64,000 bases of DNA from Octopus sinensis (GCF_006345805.1 NC_043002.1:61814001-61878000), one strand, 5' to 3'; shown: positions 24,200 to 39,324, counted from the stretch's first letter. A program made the numbers and translations. Notes: generated by a model from the letters alone, not told the origin.

Positions 24200-24314
24200 C
24201 ACACACACACACATATATATGTATATATATGCATACATATATATGTATATATATAAATATATATATACATATATATGCATATATATAGCTGTATATATCT
24301 GTGTGTATGTGTGT

Positions 24315-24351
<37 letters not shown>

Positions 24352-24356
24352 GGATG

Positions 24357-24399
<43 letters not shown>

Positions 24400-24796
24400 A
24401 TATACATTCACACACAAACACACACATATACACGTATTGTAAGGAATGATAGGTAAACTTAGATCCCTATTATGTATGGATTCACAGGTATATAATTTAC
24501 CCACATAAGACATCACAATCAAGAGGACTTAAGTAAAAGTTAAACACTTATCTTAATTTTCGTAGGTAGGCATGCTGTGCGTCGACTAATTGCTAATCGA
24601 TATAGAGTGCATCAAATGGTAATTATATGCTTACAGTTGATTTCACTTGCTCCTCTACGTATAAATATTATGTAATATTATATATGTATGCACTGAGAGA
24701 GACACAGTCACACACACATATATCCATATAAGAATCTATACAGCCACACGCCCACAAACACTCACCCTTACATTCATATTTATATATACATACACA

Positions 24797-24860
<64 letters not shown>

Positions 24861-27800
24861 CAAACTAAGGTTACAGAACAAACAAATACAAGGTCATCCA
24901 CGTAACATTTCATATCTTGAACATTTAATCATAGAATATACATGTATAACATCATGGAAGATGAAACATAACTCATCTGTACAAACGTAGAAGAAGGCGC
25001 TTTCCAGCTTAGAAAAGATAACTTTTTTCTGCCGTAATTTATCGAAGGCATTGCGTAAGATAGGTGTATTAGATTTAGACTATCCTGCAAGACTTTGTCA
25101 TCAACCCAATTTCATCGTTGTTTTATTTACATTAGAGAGGTTATTTCCATTAATATAGCTCTTATTGACGTATCTTATTGGAGTTGTTCAACTGAAACAG
25201 TATTTTAACTTACTTTGCTAGCAGTGCATCATTTGCAGTTTCTCCTACATTAATGTCTCCTTTTCAAATTGCTTACACCTTGTGCTTTTAATGGTAAATG
25301 CGCTGATCATAGATGCAGTGTATTTCTAAGGAAAATAGTTATTGAAACAGTTTCTCTCATGTTCAACAATCCTGTCTCTTATGGGTTGTTAAACTTTATC
25401 GCTACCTTTTGGAATTTAGTCGTACAGAGAGGAAAGCTTAGAGAAATTTAAACTACAGAGCGTAAGTGAACTACAAAGTGTATGCATGGCGAGGAGTAAC
25501 TATGACATGCCGTGTAATCTAAACCACTGTATGCACATTCTGACAAATAGTTTTACGCGTGGACCAGGCTGAAGGTAAAACTATTATCCAGAGACGGAAA
25601 CCAATTTCAAAAGCGAAGCAGAGAAAAGGAAAACTAAAGAAAGACTCAGCGTATATGAACTGCAGTTCAAAATGATTGAGGCCCCTTACATTTCACTGCG
25701 GCATAGGACATATTTTTGTGTCATTAATTGTCTAAGCATTTCAAATATTTCGCAATCGTTCAAATAATGGTCTTTGCATTTTAATCTTTTAGAGCGTCAT
25801 GGAAAATATATTTTGCCACATTGTGTGTTACCCAGATTTTGAATTGCTGTATAAGTTAGATAAGTGTAGTGTACTGAATAAATATTTGAGGATACGTATC
25901 ACTGTATTAACAGACGCTTCGGTTATGAGTACTGACAATTTCGAGCGCTGGAGAATATTTCATAAGCATTATCTAATTTTGGGTATTAACCGATTTAAGA
26001 GTTTATAGCTACAACTGAACTGCTGATGACACAGCTGTTCGCTCCGCTAGAAATGCCAGCTGAATTGTCATTATATCATAGTCAACTTTCTTAAAAACAG
26101 AAAATAACATACTAGAGCAAGCAGTATATAGATGGTGTTATCTTACCTGAAATGTGTTTAACATTACACCTGCTTAATCAAGGCTAATGTAGATCTATGT
26201 AATTACTGCAACACAGAAATGCAAGTATCTCATTGCTTGAGTAGACTTACTTCACATTATATAGGTGATGAATATTTATTACTTGGTACTATCTTAATAA
26301 ATATTACTTTCAATTAACAAAGGCTTACTGCTACATAATGTACCAGTATTTTTGCCAAACATCAAAAACAAATGATCTGCGTAAAAGATAAAATTCTTCA
26401 TTGAATTAACTCTACGGATGGTACAATTCTTGTCACTTAGAAGGGAGGAAAAGGTTTCAGAAAATAGGCAACGTGGTAAAGAACATTTCCATCTTATTGT
26501 GAAGTGGGAGACTAAATATTATTTCCGTTGTTCAATCGGATGAGGTAAATTCATTTCTTGTGCACCAAGAATAAGTCTATTTGAGGGAGTTAGACCTGAC
26601 ACATTGTCACCGTTACATTGACATCGTGGGTCATTCACCAACCAGGCTTCCTCATTTGTTAGAATTAAGGCCACAGATATAATCTGAAGGTAATTCATGT
26701 GCTGTCATTTATTTTTCTTAATATTATTCAATGTCCGTTAAAAGCGTTTAGGAGGATTGCTGTTGCTATTCCTTTCTCGGCTAAGTACGAAAAGTCTAGC
26801 GATGTGGGTTTTATTACTTATACAGCTCTCGTAAATATGTATTGACGTATCTTTACGTGATTCATCATCATTTTTGTTTAATAGTTTCAGCTAACGGAAT
26901 CATTGAAATATTTACCAAGAAGTCAAAGCTTAAAATATAAAGTGAGTATCACCACGGCTGATTGTAAATGTGTCATTCCATAAAAGAATATTTCGCTGAG
27001 ATTTAACTTATGCATATGGAAACGACATAAAGAGAACAAAACTAAAAGTGGCCCCGGAATCGTTGGTATCAAAGATTTAAGTGCCAGGCGTTTCATGTGA
27101 AGGCAATATGGCGTTTTAATCATAAAGGGATCATAACCTAAACTATGATGGATTGCAGCACGTTTATTCTCTAGAACAGACGAACAGAAACTCCAAGATC
27201 AAAGCGTTCTCTGATGTCACGAAAGTCCACTGAAATCGCCATGAAATATCCCAGCTTTACATATTGAAGATATTTGTTTCGTTTTTATATTTTCTATTAG
27301 AAATATCAAGGATAAACACGCTTCATCGACAAATATATATTTTAGAACATAGAAAGGTTTTGTTCTCATGTCAGTTCGTTTTACTACGTTTAAAATAGGA
27401 TTGCGTATAAATGTTGCCAGCATTTGCACCGAAGTTGTTGAAACAAATCAATTTTTACTGACAGCTTTGGCTCTAGAAAAGATAAGAACAGAGTAAAAAA
27501 AAATGCATCGATTTCATAATTGACTCAATAAGTTTAGTACAATAGCAGCACGGGAAGGAATTGTGTTAGTTCCTCTTAAGGGCTACATCACACATACACT
27601 CATGTATCCATGTATGTATGGATGCATGTCTGTTCGTACGTAAAGGCGTGTGTCTTAGTGTCTCCGGTACTCAGCTCACGATTGCAATGCCATTAATTCG
27701 ACTTCCGGCGTTGCGTTGCACTTCATCTGGCAAAATTGAGTTATACCTATATTTTAAAGCCCAGCTTTGTAACATTCTGTGTCACGCTGAATCTATCTGT

Positions 27801-27939
27801 GAAATACTTTAAAGTTATGCGTGTCTGTTGAGTGCTCAGTCACCTGCACGTTTATTTCACTAGCATTGTTCTCTTGATAGGATCAACTAGAACCCTCATC
27901 ATCGTATACGACAGGGCACTTATTATACGCGTGGGCAAG

Positions 27940-28025
27940 TGTCTTAAAATATAGCCTCGGGTGGACCAAAACCTTGTATGTGAATTTGGTAGATGGAAGC
28001 ACAGAGAAGCCCGTTGTATATGTAT
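27940..28025 (+). mobile_element. SINE family A core fragment
   Basis: TGGGCAAGTGTCTT..TATAGCCTCGGG..GAATTTGGTAGATGG..GAAGCCCG. Confidence 0.75.
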
Positions 28026-28741
28026 ATACTAGCTGACGTACCTAGTAATTCATGGGAAAGCAGAGCTTATCCCTTAGTTCCGTTCTCATAATTGTTTCGC
28101 TAATCCAGTACAACAATACAAAATATGTAGCCCTTAAAACGGTTTTTGTGCACTTACAGAGAATATCAAAATGTCTTACAAAGAATCTTGTTTTTAGGAA
28201 TTCCCAATATGTTATGAATACCCAAATTGTGAAGTCAATTATGTAATAACATGAAATTAGTTACTTGACAGTAAGAATTCAAATAAAGGAGACCCGAAAA
28301 GGACTTAAATTCGTTGACAGAGTATATAGATCATAAGAGGAAATACTAATAAGTATGTATACAAAACTGATGGAGCATGTTACGTAATAACAGGCCAATC
28401 AGATATGTGATAAGAACAATTCAAAGTAAATAACCGAATAGTGCTTTTGTGCGTTCCCAGAGAATATTACCCTTAGCGGTGCTAGTGTTGGTATATTGGT
28501 GAATAATCCTCTAACCGAAATAAGTGGATATATTTTTTAGGAAAATATATTTACTTGTTTAAGTGTTGTACTGGATAAATTACGAGACTAACTCAAAAAG
28601 TTCAAATACTAAGAAATAAGTATACTCAATTTGATTTATACGAAATACTTTTGGAAAATGAATGGGTCAATTCCCTTCGCTATATATAAGGATCCCTTCC
28701 AGATACGAATGAGTTATTCCTCCAGGGTGTTAAAGAAAATA

Positions 28742-28789
<48 letters not shown>

Positions 28790-28966
28790 ATCGGTTCCAG
28801 AGGCCCTATTATAGATTTCTTCAACAATCTGAGTTTGCCATAAAAATCGATATAACTTTGTAGGACGAGCTTGCTAACAACACCACAAACACACCCAGAC
28901 AGAATTTCCCACATTTGTAGTATGTATATATATATATATATACACATACATATATATATGTATGTC

Positions 28967-29004
<38 letters not shown>

Positions 29005-29039
29005 TATATAATATAACATAATATATATAATACATATGC

Positions 29040-29555
29040 ATGTACATGTTTCTGTGCCTGTGTTTGTCCGCCCGCCATCCTTTGTCAACCGATGTTGGTG
29101 GGTTTATGTCCCCGTAACTTAATAGTTCGGCATAAGAGAGAGAGGGAGTGATAGAATAAGTGCTAGGCTTCTAAAGATTAATACCTGGGGTAGATTCGTT
29201 CGACAAAATGTGGTGCTCCAGCATGACCGCAGTCAAATAACCGAAACAAGTGAAAAGATAAAAGAATATATATATATATATACATGCATACATATCTTTT
29301 GTATATAAAGATATATATGTATGTATATGTTTGTGTGCATGTATTTGTCCCCAAAACCACCACCACCACCGCCACCACAATCGCTTGATAGCTGATGTTA
29401 GTTTGTTTACGTCCCTGTAGCCTAGTGGTTCGGCAAAAGAGATAGAATAATTACTAGGCTTACAAAGAAATAGTCCTTGGATCGATTTCTTCGGCTAATA
29501 GTAATGATCCAGCATGGCCGCAGTCAAATGACTGAAACAAAAAAAGAGTAAAAGC
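29040..29555 (+). mobile_element. Two tandem SINE family A 3' halves
   Basis: TGTTTGTCC..GTCCC(C)GTA(A/G)C(T/C)TA..TTCGGCA..CCAGCATG(A/G)CCGCAGTCAAAT at 29060-29260 and 29340-29550. Confidence 0.85.
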
Positions 29556-29563
29556 GTATATGT

Positions 29564-29620
<57 letters not shown>

Positions 29621-30184
29621 CACACAAGCACACTCACACATACACACTCCATGCAGAGAAGTGCTAAACAGATAACGCTATACATGCAACGACGCATAAA
29701 TTTCACCTTTAGATTTTTATACAACCATATGTAGTACTTCATTGAAACCAAACCGCTAACAATTTTAACTTCAAACGTATTAATCGAAAGAAAAAAGAAT
29801 AAAATAATTATCTCTAATAATTCAATTAAATTGACATAATTTTTGCATTATTTCTAATATTATTTCATTTCCGTTAGACTCATCTCTTTGAAAATTCTAT
29901 TATTTATCTCATGAAATATGATTAGTCACGCATTCGCACACACGCACCCGCGCACACACACACACATTCAAACACATATATACACATATATGCATGTATA
30001 CATATACACACACGTATGCAAACACTCGTAGTCATGCAATGAAACAGCCGTCATTTCAATATGTATATTTAACGGAACATACATCCAATGATAAGATATT
30101 TCTGCATGAATATATGTATGTATAAATGTGTGTACGAACGTGTTGCATTTATAATATTCCTTGAATATGTAGTGAAATGTACGT

Positions 30185-30330
30185 TGCTGTGTGGTAAGTT
30201 GTGTGCTTCCCAACTGCCGCATGTTCCGGGGTTCAGTCCCAAGTGTCCTCTACTATAGCCTCGGACTTATCGAAGCCTTGTGAGTGGATTTGGTAGGCAG
30301 AAACTGAAAGAAGGCCGACGTGTGTATATA
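30185..30330 (+). mobile_element. SINE family A 5' half
   Basis: GCTGTGTGGTAAG..GGGTTCAGTCCC..CTACTATAGCCTCGG..GTGAGTGGATTTGGTAGG. Confidence 0.85.
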
Positions 30331-30573
30331 TATATATAAGTATACATCACCGTGATCATCGTGACCGACCAGGCTATCAGATGTTGCTACATACTGCTGG
30401 TTACAATGCGATTAGCATTGTTTTAGCCTTCAAATGACGCCACCCCGCTGGCTACGCGAGCAGGCCAACAGAAGAAAGAGTGAGAGAAAGTTTTAGCGAA
30501 AGAGTACGGCAGGGATCACCACCACTCCCTACAACCGCGAGTCCGCTGCCATAACCACTAGGCTATTGCGCCT

Positions 30574-30618
<45 letters not shown>

Positions 30619-31270
30619 CAACTTTTTTGCGGATCCTTGCGTGAGCGAGTGTACTCGTGCTATGCAGCTTGCTCGAGGGCGTTTATACATCCATTTCGGT
30701 ATTTGCAGTTATTTTAAATACTTTTCTCGCTGGATTGTATGTTCGTTTCTCTTTTGCCATCTGTGATTTTATTTTTAAATCTTCTATATAAATGAAGGTC
30801 TGGCTGCTTTTTTTCCCTACAACACAGAAAGTTACATTGCGGAACAGTCATTTTAAAGAATTGTATTTATTTATCACCCGACGAGATACATCTGAACCGC
30901 CGGATGCTCCTGAACAAAACTTTGAGTGTGCCACCCGTCAGGGATAGATGCTAGATGTGTCGAAATAATTGTCGGAACAAACAATAAATTCTCGTATATT
31001 CCATCGTCTGTCTTTCACTTATATACCTAACGATCACTGTGAAAGTATGGTCACTTTCACATTAGTTCAGAATGGATAACTATGGATAATAAAACTAATG
31101 TTCGAAAAGAGATTAAAAAAACCCAAGGCGGTACCCCAGCATGGGGGCAGCCAAATGCCTGAAACATGCCAAAGAATAAAATGATATTAAATATGTCGAG
31201 TCATTTATGGTATAATTATATATTTGTAGGTGGGTCTAAATGCGTGACTATTCAAATTTCATGACATAAG

Positions 31271-31319
<49 letters not shown>

Positions 31320-31729
31320 TGTGTGTGTGTGTGTAGTGTGTGTGTGTGAGTGTGTGTGAGTGTGTGTGTGTGTGTGTGTGTGGTGTGTGTGTGTGTGCGA
31401 GCGCGCATGTGTGTGTATGAGAGTTATAGGTATCCAGAAGACGGAAGGTGGCTGTTAGCGCAATGTAATTGCTTTGGAAGGACCGTAGTTAAACTCTCTG
31501 TTCGATAATGATACGAGTGGGGAGTGTAATGAGGGTCTTGTGCATAAGGCTGTGCGGAATCTTCAGTACGTTTATAGACTAACTTTCTCTTTATGAATGT
31601 CCAGAAAATTCCACACAGCCTCAGCATTTTTGTCACATTTAATTTGATATGTATATATATATATATATATATATAATGGGACAACAATGCTAGTCTATAA
31701 AAGTTTGTCCATAAACGTCCTCAAGATTC

Positions 31730-31884
31730 CTGGTTGTGGATTCAGTCCCACTGCTGCGTAGCACATTGGGCATGTGTCTTCTACTATAGCTTCGGGCCAC
31801 CAAGGCCTTGTGAGTGGATTTGGTAGAGGAAAACTGAAAGATGCCCGTCGTATATATGCATATGTATATTTATATTTATATTTA

Positions 31885-31953
<69 letters not shown>

Positions 31954-32172
31954 GGTGTGTGTGAGTATGTGTGTATATGTTTGTCCCACAATATCGCTTG
32001 ACAATCGACGCTGGTGTGTTTGCGTCCCCGTCACTTAGCAGTTCAGCAAACGAAACCGATAAAATAAGTACTAGGCTTACAAAGAATAAGTCCTGGGGTC
32101 GATTTGTTCGATTAAAGGTGGTGCTCCAACACTGCCGCAGTCAAATGACTGAAACAATTAAATGAGTAAAGA
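31730..32172 (+). mobile_element. SINE family A with expanded internal TA/TG tract
   Basis: Core 31740-31850, microsatellite 31850-31975, tail 31980-32170. Confidence 0.88.
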
Positions 32173-32318
32173 TATATATATATATATGGCGGTGCCCCAG
32201 CATGTCCACAGCTCGTGAGCTGAAACTAGATAAAATGAATATATATATACATATATATATAAAATATTTATATATATATATATATATATATATAAATATA
32301 TTTATATATATATATATA

Positions 32319-32363
<45 letters not shown>

Positions 32364-32477
32364 CTATATATATACGTATATTATAATGGGGTTCATAAAA
32401 AGTTTAGCCTTATAGCGTTATGACTATCATCAGGCCCCAAACACTGCTTGCCTGAGACCTCTTTAAAATATGGGGAG

Positions 32478-32529
<52 letters not shown>

Positions 32530-32534
32530 ATAAT

Positions 32535-32735
32535 AAAATATTAGGGAATAATTCCAAAATTACAGGGAAAAAAATCAGATTTAGGAATAAATCCAATTTT
32601 ATAGTAAAATAGTATATAATATAATATTAATTCGAGACAAAACCACTATTTTGCAAATCAAACAAGGAAAGACTTAATCAATACATAAAATATTTTAATA
32701 TAAAGTAAATAAATCGCCACTACAATTGTTTCATG
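32535..32735. repeat. Second copy of the 17830 dispersed repeat
   Basis: AATATTAGGGAATAA(A/T)TCCAAA..ACAGGGAAAAAAATCAGATTTAGG..GAGACAAAACCACTATTTTGC..CGCCACTACAAT shared. Confidence 0.92.
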
Positions 32736-32799
32736 TCTTCAAATGACATTCGTGAGGTGGATTTCCGATCTAAAAATATCAATATTTTTTTGTCTCGAA

Positions 32800-32838
<39 letters not shown>

Positions 32839-32841
32839 GAG

Positions 32842-32876
<35 letters not shown>

Positions 32877-33558
32877 TATGAGAGAGAGTAATGAGGGACT
32901 ATGCACATACAGCGTCACCACAATAGTTACACATACGCGCATACATGTATATATATAAAAATATTCGCTGTGGTTTATATGCGTGCATTTTATGCTCCTG
33001 CTTCCTTCGGCGCGTGTGTTTATGCGAACGTGTTTCTGCGTTTGAAACAAGAGAATTCAGAATCTATGATATTTATAACATTTCCGTTTTATAAATTTAA
33101 ATTCTCTAAAATGAAATTAGATAAATAGCTGTGGAGAACTTTGACCTGGAATTTAATTGGGAAAAAAAACAAAGCATTTCATGTAATAGAAACTTCAAAA
33201 TCAATGAATTGTAAATTCTAGCCTGAGATTTACGTTAATAGGACAGAAGGCTTCTTTATCTTATTACAAACTATCACTATTTATTTACGTAATCATCCAT
33301 TTTTTTCATTTTATGTTCATTATGTTGTGATAAACTCGAATATATACCTTTAATTATCAGCCTCATTAATATATGGCATTGCTATTGCACATTATTCAAA
33401 AGTATGTTTCTATTATCAGACTATCATAACCGTAATTGGGGAGTGGTTCTCATTCTATCGATAAAACATAACCCCACCCCCTGATTTTATTCATGTGCAA
33501 TCACACATCTCCTGCACTCATAATAGAAGTAAGTGTACATGAGATAGTGTAGAGTGGC

Positions 33559-33559
<1 letters not shown>

Positions 33560-33643
<84 letters not shown>

Positions 33644-33795
33644 TTAGTATAGACAGAAAGCAGGATAACGCCGTTAGCGGGGGAGGTGTAAAGGGAGAGT
33701 GAAGAGAGGACACTAAGCTAAGGGAAGTTAATATAAGTCAAAGCACTGACACATTATTTCTGTCTGTCTGTCTGTCTGTCTATCTGTCTGTCTGT

Positions 33796-33845
<50 letters not shown>

Positions 33846-33900
33846 CTCTGTCTGTTTGTCTATCTGTCTGTTTCTCTATCTATCTATATATCTATCTATA
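33560..33900. repeat. (TATC)n and (CTGT)n microsatellites
   Basis: Direct reading. Confidence 0.93.
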
Positions 33901-34479
33901 TCTTTATCTCTCTGTCTATGTGTCTGCCGTCTATGTCTCTCTCTGTCTACATGCTAGAATGATCACAATACGTGTCTTGTATTTTGTCGCCTCACAAAAC
34001 GATGGAAGGCACACCTGACCTCTGCGGTCTATGAGCTTAGAATGTAACAATTTGTAAGAAATGCAGCAAAGCATCATTTAAGACACGCTCATAATTTTGC
34101 TTGCTGAACAAAGAAAACAATTATAAAGCAATGCTTTTTTCTCTGTACATAGAACTGCGATTTGGTACTGTATAGAAGAAAACTATGCTAAGAAATAGCT
34201 GTTATATAAGTACATGAGTTCAAAAACCAAATGGAAATAATAAACGAGAAGATAAAAACGGAATTAAAAATATACCGAGGAATAAATCGAACGATAAATC
34301 ACTCAGTGGCTAATAAATAACCCTCAAGACAGGACTAGACATTTCGGAATTAGGTCAAAGCGAGAAGCAATAGATCAAAATATTTTGATTGAACGCAAAC
34401 ACGGAAGATCTGATTTTATAAGCAAAACATTAATATACAGCAAAAATATATTAAAAAGTAATATAATAAACTACAGGAT

Positions 34480-34970
34480 AAGCATTAAATGCAGAAGATG
34501 CAATCTCTACAATAAGACAATTGACAGCAACATTTATGATTGATCTTCACCTGTAAATCAGTGTATATCCACAGAAAAATATCGATTTCTGAGAGATATA
34601 TCCATTGAAACTGTGGAGGTTCTTCAACATCAGTGTATTATATAATTTGGAGCCATGTTGCAAACACGGTTCATAGTAATTATGGGTATGAACTAATCTT
34701 GCATATTTCTGTCTAGACTTAAAAAGAGATCAAGGAGATGTGTCGAGATAAAATTATTAAAGACAGGTGTAAAAATCTCTGTAATCTTAGAAACACGTAG
34801 ATTTCTTCTGATTAAAATATCACCCGTAAGGATATCAAAATACATTGAAACGACTGTGATCTTGAAATAGAAATAAGCAATATGGACCCCATGAAAATAA
34901 ATCATCAAAGATATCAACTGAAACGCCTCGTAGGATATAACACTACCCTAAGATAAAGATGAATAACAGA
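34480..34970 (+). pseudogene. Very old non-LTR (RTE-like) reverse transcriptase remnant
   Basis: Collinear degenerate motifs AEDAISTIRQL..FMIDL (34491-34547), KRDQGDVS (34722-34745), INHQRY (34897-34914, position of INxLRYADD), KMNNRK. Confidence 0.45.
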
Positions 34971-35499
34971 AAACAGTAACATACCCAAGCTCAGATACTG
35001 CATGGACAAAAACAGTAACATTTAACATACACCGCATGTATGAAAGTCAATTTCAATACAAAAAAAAATGGATTTTTAAATTAGACACAGTCCAAAATAC
35101 ACAGCGTGCACAAGTCTTTACAGTACAGTCTCTGCGGAATAATCACCTAATTGTACAGAACCGTGTCAATAGCTAATACTAAATAAAACCGCTACTGCAA
35201 TAACACAATATATAACTTTATCTAATCAACACCCAGTTCAATAATACATCTTAGACACTAACAGCAACGCATGCGTTTCGTATTCTGAAGAAAAGCCACT
35301 ATATCATATAAAAAATCCTCACTCTGCACATATTCTATGATGACCATTCGACAATATCATACGCCTTTTGTATGGAAAAAGAGAAGGTAATAGAGTATAA
35401 GAAAGAAGGCTAGTGTTAATAAAAGATGGACGAAAGGCTAATGTAGATGTGGCGGTGGAAGTCGCATACTCAAACATATACATGTATTTTATAAACTTT

Positions 35500-35712
35500 T
35501 CTTTTACTCGTTTCAGTGATTCGACTGCGGCCATGCTGGAGCACCGCCTTTCGGCGAGCAAATCGACCGCAGGACTTATTCTTTGTAAGCCTAGTACTTA
35601 TTCTATCGGTCTCAGTTGCCGAACCGCTATGTTACGGGGACGTAAATACACCAGCATCGGTCATCATGCGATGTTGCGGGGACAAACACAAACATACAAA
35701 CATATACATACA

Positions 35713-35799
<87 letters not shown>

Positions 35800-35960
35800 T
35801 ATGTACATATATATGACGTGCTGCTTTCAGTTACCGTCTACCAAATCCACTCACAAGGCTTTGGTCGCCCGAGGCTAATGTAGAAGACACTTGCGTAAGG
35901 TGCCACCCAGTGGGATTGAACCCAGAACCATGCGGTTGCCAAGCAAGATACTTGCCGCAC
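35500..35960 (-). mobile_element. SINE family A with expanded internal (TA)n
   Basis: Tail 35500-35700, (TA)n 35715-35810, core and B-box 35815-35960. Confidence 0.9.
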
Positions 35961-37183
35961 ATATGTATACGTGTATATGCGAGTGTATGTGTGTATGTAT
36001 GTGTGTGTGTATTTATGTATGTATGCAACGTTGAATACAATGTAGCTTTATACAATCATACATAAAACTTCGTGAAAATTCGAACATGAACATTCAACAA
36101 ACTTCTGAGACGCTTTCCGGCTTTATATCCTATTTCTTTGTCCAAATACAGACGAACATTTTCTGTATGGATGTACTTAAATATGATTCATAGCAACAAT
36201 GCTTAATAGGCAACTAATTAATTTATTCTACCTTGAAAAATTTTCCACAACTCCAAATGCGTCATTTGCTATTCTAATAGAAGAGCAACCACACCTTAGT
36301 AGCCGTAAATGACGGTTCGGTATAAGTAGCTGATGAGGCCTAACAACGCAGAAGACCTTACTTTCTCCGGTCCGTTGATGTCATTTACGGACTAATAATT
36401 TGCCTACATCCATAGTATTCGTACTGAGAAATTGTTCTCTGGAAACAACTTTATGCAGCGTATTGTATTCCTATGAATAAATCTACATGAACATGCGCGC
36501 CCACACACACACACAAACAAACAAACAAATATATATATATATATATATAAGTTTGTATGTGTATGCAAATGTGTTACGCACATGCAATTTTGCTTATAAT
36601 TATGAATCGAATTTTCCGAGCGAAATAATTCATAGAGTGGCAGAATTATTTGCATTAAACGGTTCGATTAATTTTCCATGAAAAATCATTGTTAATTTTC
36701 CCAATATGTATATGAAAATATACGATTAAATATTTTATGGATCTATATATCAATCTATGCATCTATATACATATATGCTTATTACCTATATACTTTTCCC
36801 TTTATTCTTCGATACTGTCAGCATATATGAGTTTAAGTGTCGGGGCGCATGTGGGCGGATGTCTATGTAACTCTACATGCGTGTTTGCGAACAAAAGCAT
36901 GTACGTGAATATATGTATTCGTGTATAAATGTGAATATACTTAGAGGGGTAAGTATGTTACACCGTACGGTAATATATACGTATTCTAAGAGTCTTTCAA
37001 CGATGGAAAGTAAGCGGTAAGTGTTGGATTACTCGCAGGTTTTTGAATTGCCTTAGCCTCAGATATTTCAGAATGAATAAACTCATGCTATAACCTCCCT
37101 CTCATTCTCACTCTGTTTACGCATAACTATATATTATATATATATATATATGTAAGTATGTATGCATGAATGTATGTTATAAG

Positions 37184-37218
<35 letters not shown>

Positions 37219-37245
37219 ATATATATGTATATGTATTCATACACT

Positions 37246-37283
<38 letters not shown>

Positions 37284-37309
37284 CAAGGGGCTCCTCTCAT
37301 TTTCTATGG

Positions 37310-37388
37310 CAGAAAACACTCAGACAAGGTGCCACGCAGAGGGACCGAATCCAGAAACATGTGGGAATCAAGCTTCTTACCACATAGC
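37310..37388 (-). mobile_element. SINE family A head fragment
   Basis: CAAGGTGCCACGCAGAGGGACCGAATCCAG..CTTCTTACCACATAGC. Confidence 0.75.
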
Positions 37389-37401
37389 TATGTTTTATGT
37401 T

Positions 37402-37437
<36 letters not shown>

Positions 37438-37599
37438 ATATATGGATGTGGTCAAGCTTAGGCACAGCCGACTAGTGGTGCTACACCATTGATCCACCTC
37501 TAACAACGGACATCTGGTGAATGAGAGAGCTTGATGCTGCTGCTCTCAACATACATAAACATGAAAAATGGGGTGTGTGTGTATACGTGTGTATATTAC

Positions 37600-37653
<54 letters not shown>

Positions 37654-38005
37654 ATATATATATACATGTATGTATATATGTGTTTGTATATACGGACACA
37701 CATATACACACATACATGTATGCATGTACCTAATGTGTCTGCATAAAAGCTGCACCTGTGTAAAACATGCGATGTTAAATAAATGAATGTGCGTACATCA
37801 GTGGGTATATCAGTATGTATATCAGTATGTATATGTGGTATTACTTAGAGATAGTAAATATTATATGTCTACAGCAAAAGTTTGACTTTAGTGTGTGGGA
37901 GTTGTATATAATTATTATAATATGCATGTGTTTAAATATGCATACCTATATGCATACACACACAAGAACGAGTGTGTATATGTGTGTATATAAGTGTAAC
38001 TGTAT

Positions 38006-38044
<39 letters not shown>

Positions 38045-38105
38045 ATGTATTCATACACTCACACACACACATATATATGTATATTCACACACATATAGGT
38101 TTTAT

Positions 38106-38175
<70 letters not shown>

Positions 38176-38790
38176 GATATAGATATATACACATCTATAT
38201 GTACGCATGTATGCATGTGTGTAAAATGAAAATTGCTGTATACGTAGTTATACACATAAAAAAAACATCATATCTCCAAATCGTAAAACTGTAACATATA
38301 ATAAATATCTCTCTACGATGTAATAAAAATTTCTAGTGTCAGAGAGGTGACTTTCTTTGTGATTAAAATGCCTGCTATATACCATAATAACCATTGAAGT
38401 ATATAACAATTAAATATATTTATAGCTGTAAAGTGTACAGATTTTGCACGTGATTTATTTGTTCAAAAGCCTCTACATGTGTTTGTGATAACCTCGTGAT
38501 GCTTTAGATTACTCAAACATTCAGTGTCACACATACAAGATCATATATGAATATACGGATATACTGGAGTGAGACCATGTGAAAATATAGTTACTTGCGC
38601 CCACATAAGTTAGATAGATATAGACATTGTGCGTTAGAGAGATAATAGTCAGATATACGTGTTATTAAATCGTTATGAACAGTTACACATCATTGTTAAT
38701 GTAAGTTTTAAAATACACATGTATTTCCATATAATATGTGTGCGTATGTGTGTAAATGTATGCGTGTGTGCGCTCATGTATATATATATA

Positions 38791-38830
<40 letters not shown>

Positions 38831-39324
38831 GTCCTTGTATATATTATATGTATGTCTAAATGTATATGTATATGTATAATATATTTTACACTATATATTT
38901 TAATTTTTGTCTAGTTTCTATTTGTTTATCTGTTTCTATTTCTTTATATTTTCATGTGTGTTGTACTGGTGCGTGCCTAGATATGTATGTGTTTGCATGC
39001 GTGAGTGATTGCCCAATGCGTCCATCTCTGCTTCAAAATTTAACCACAGATGAATAAAGACGAAAGTAAATGCATAACTATATAACATTCGAACTCAAAC
39101 GTAGTCGCATCGTTTTGCAGAATAGCAGAACTCCTGCCCCCTGTTCCACACGTTCCCTATTCTTGAAATTACGCAAGTGGTTGTATCACCCTGTTATATC
39201 ATAAAGTCTAAAAGTATAACCCAAATACGAGCAAATGTAATATTCGTTTTAAAATCCTGAATAACGCCTGTAATTCCGGGGGAAGGAAATCACATCATCC
39301 ACAGTGCTCAATAATATCAATTCT

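Noticed and set aside
25488-25506. GGCGAGGAGTAACTATGAC resembles the 28S rRNA segment next to the R2/I-PpoI site
   Set aside because: Only 14 contiguous bases match and the similarity stops on both sides; compatible with chance.
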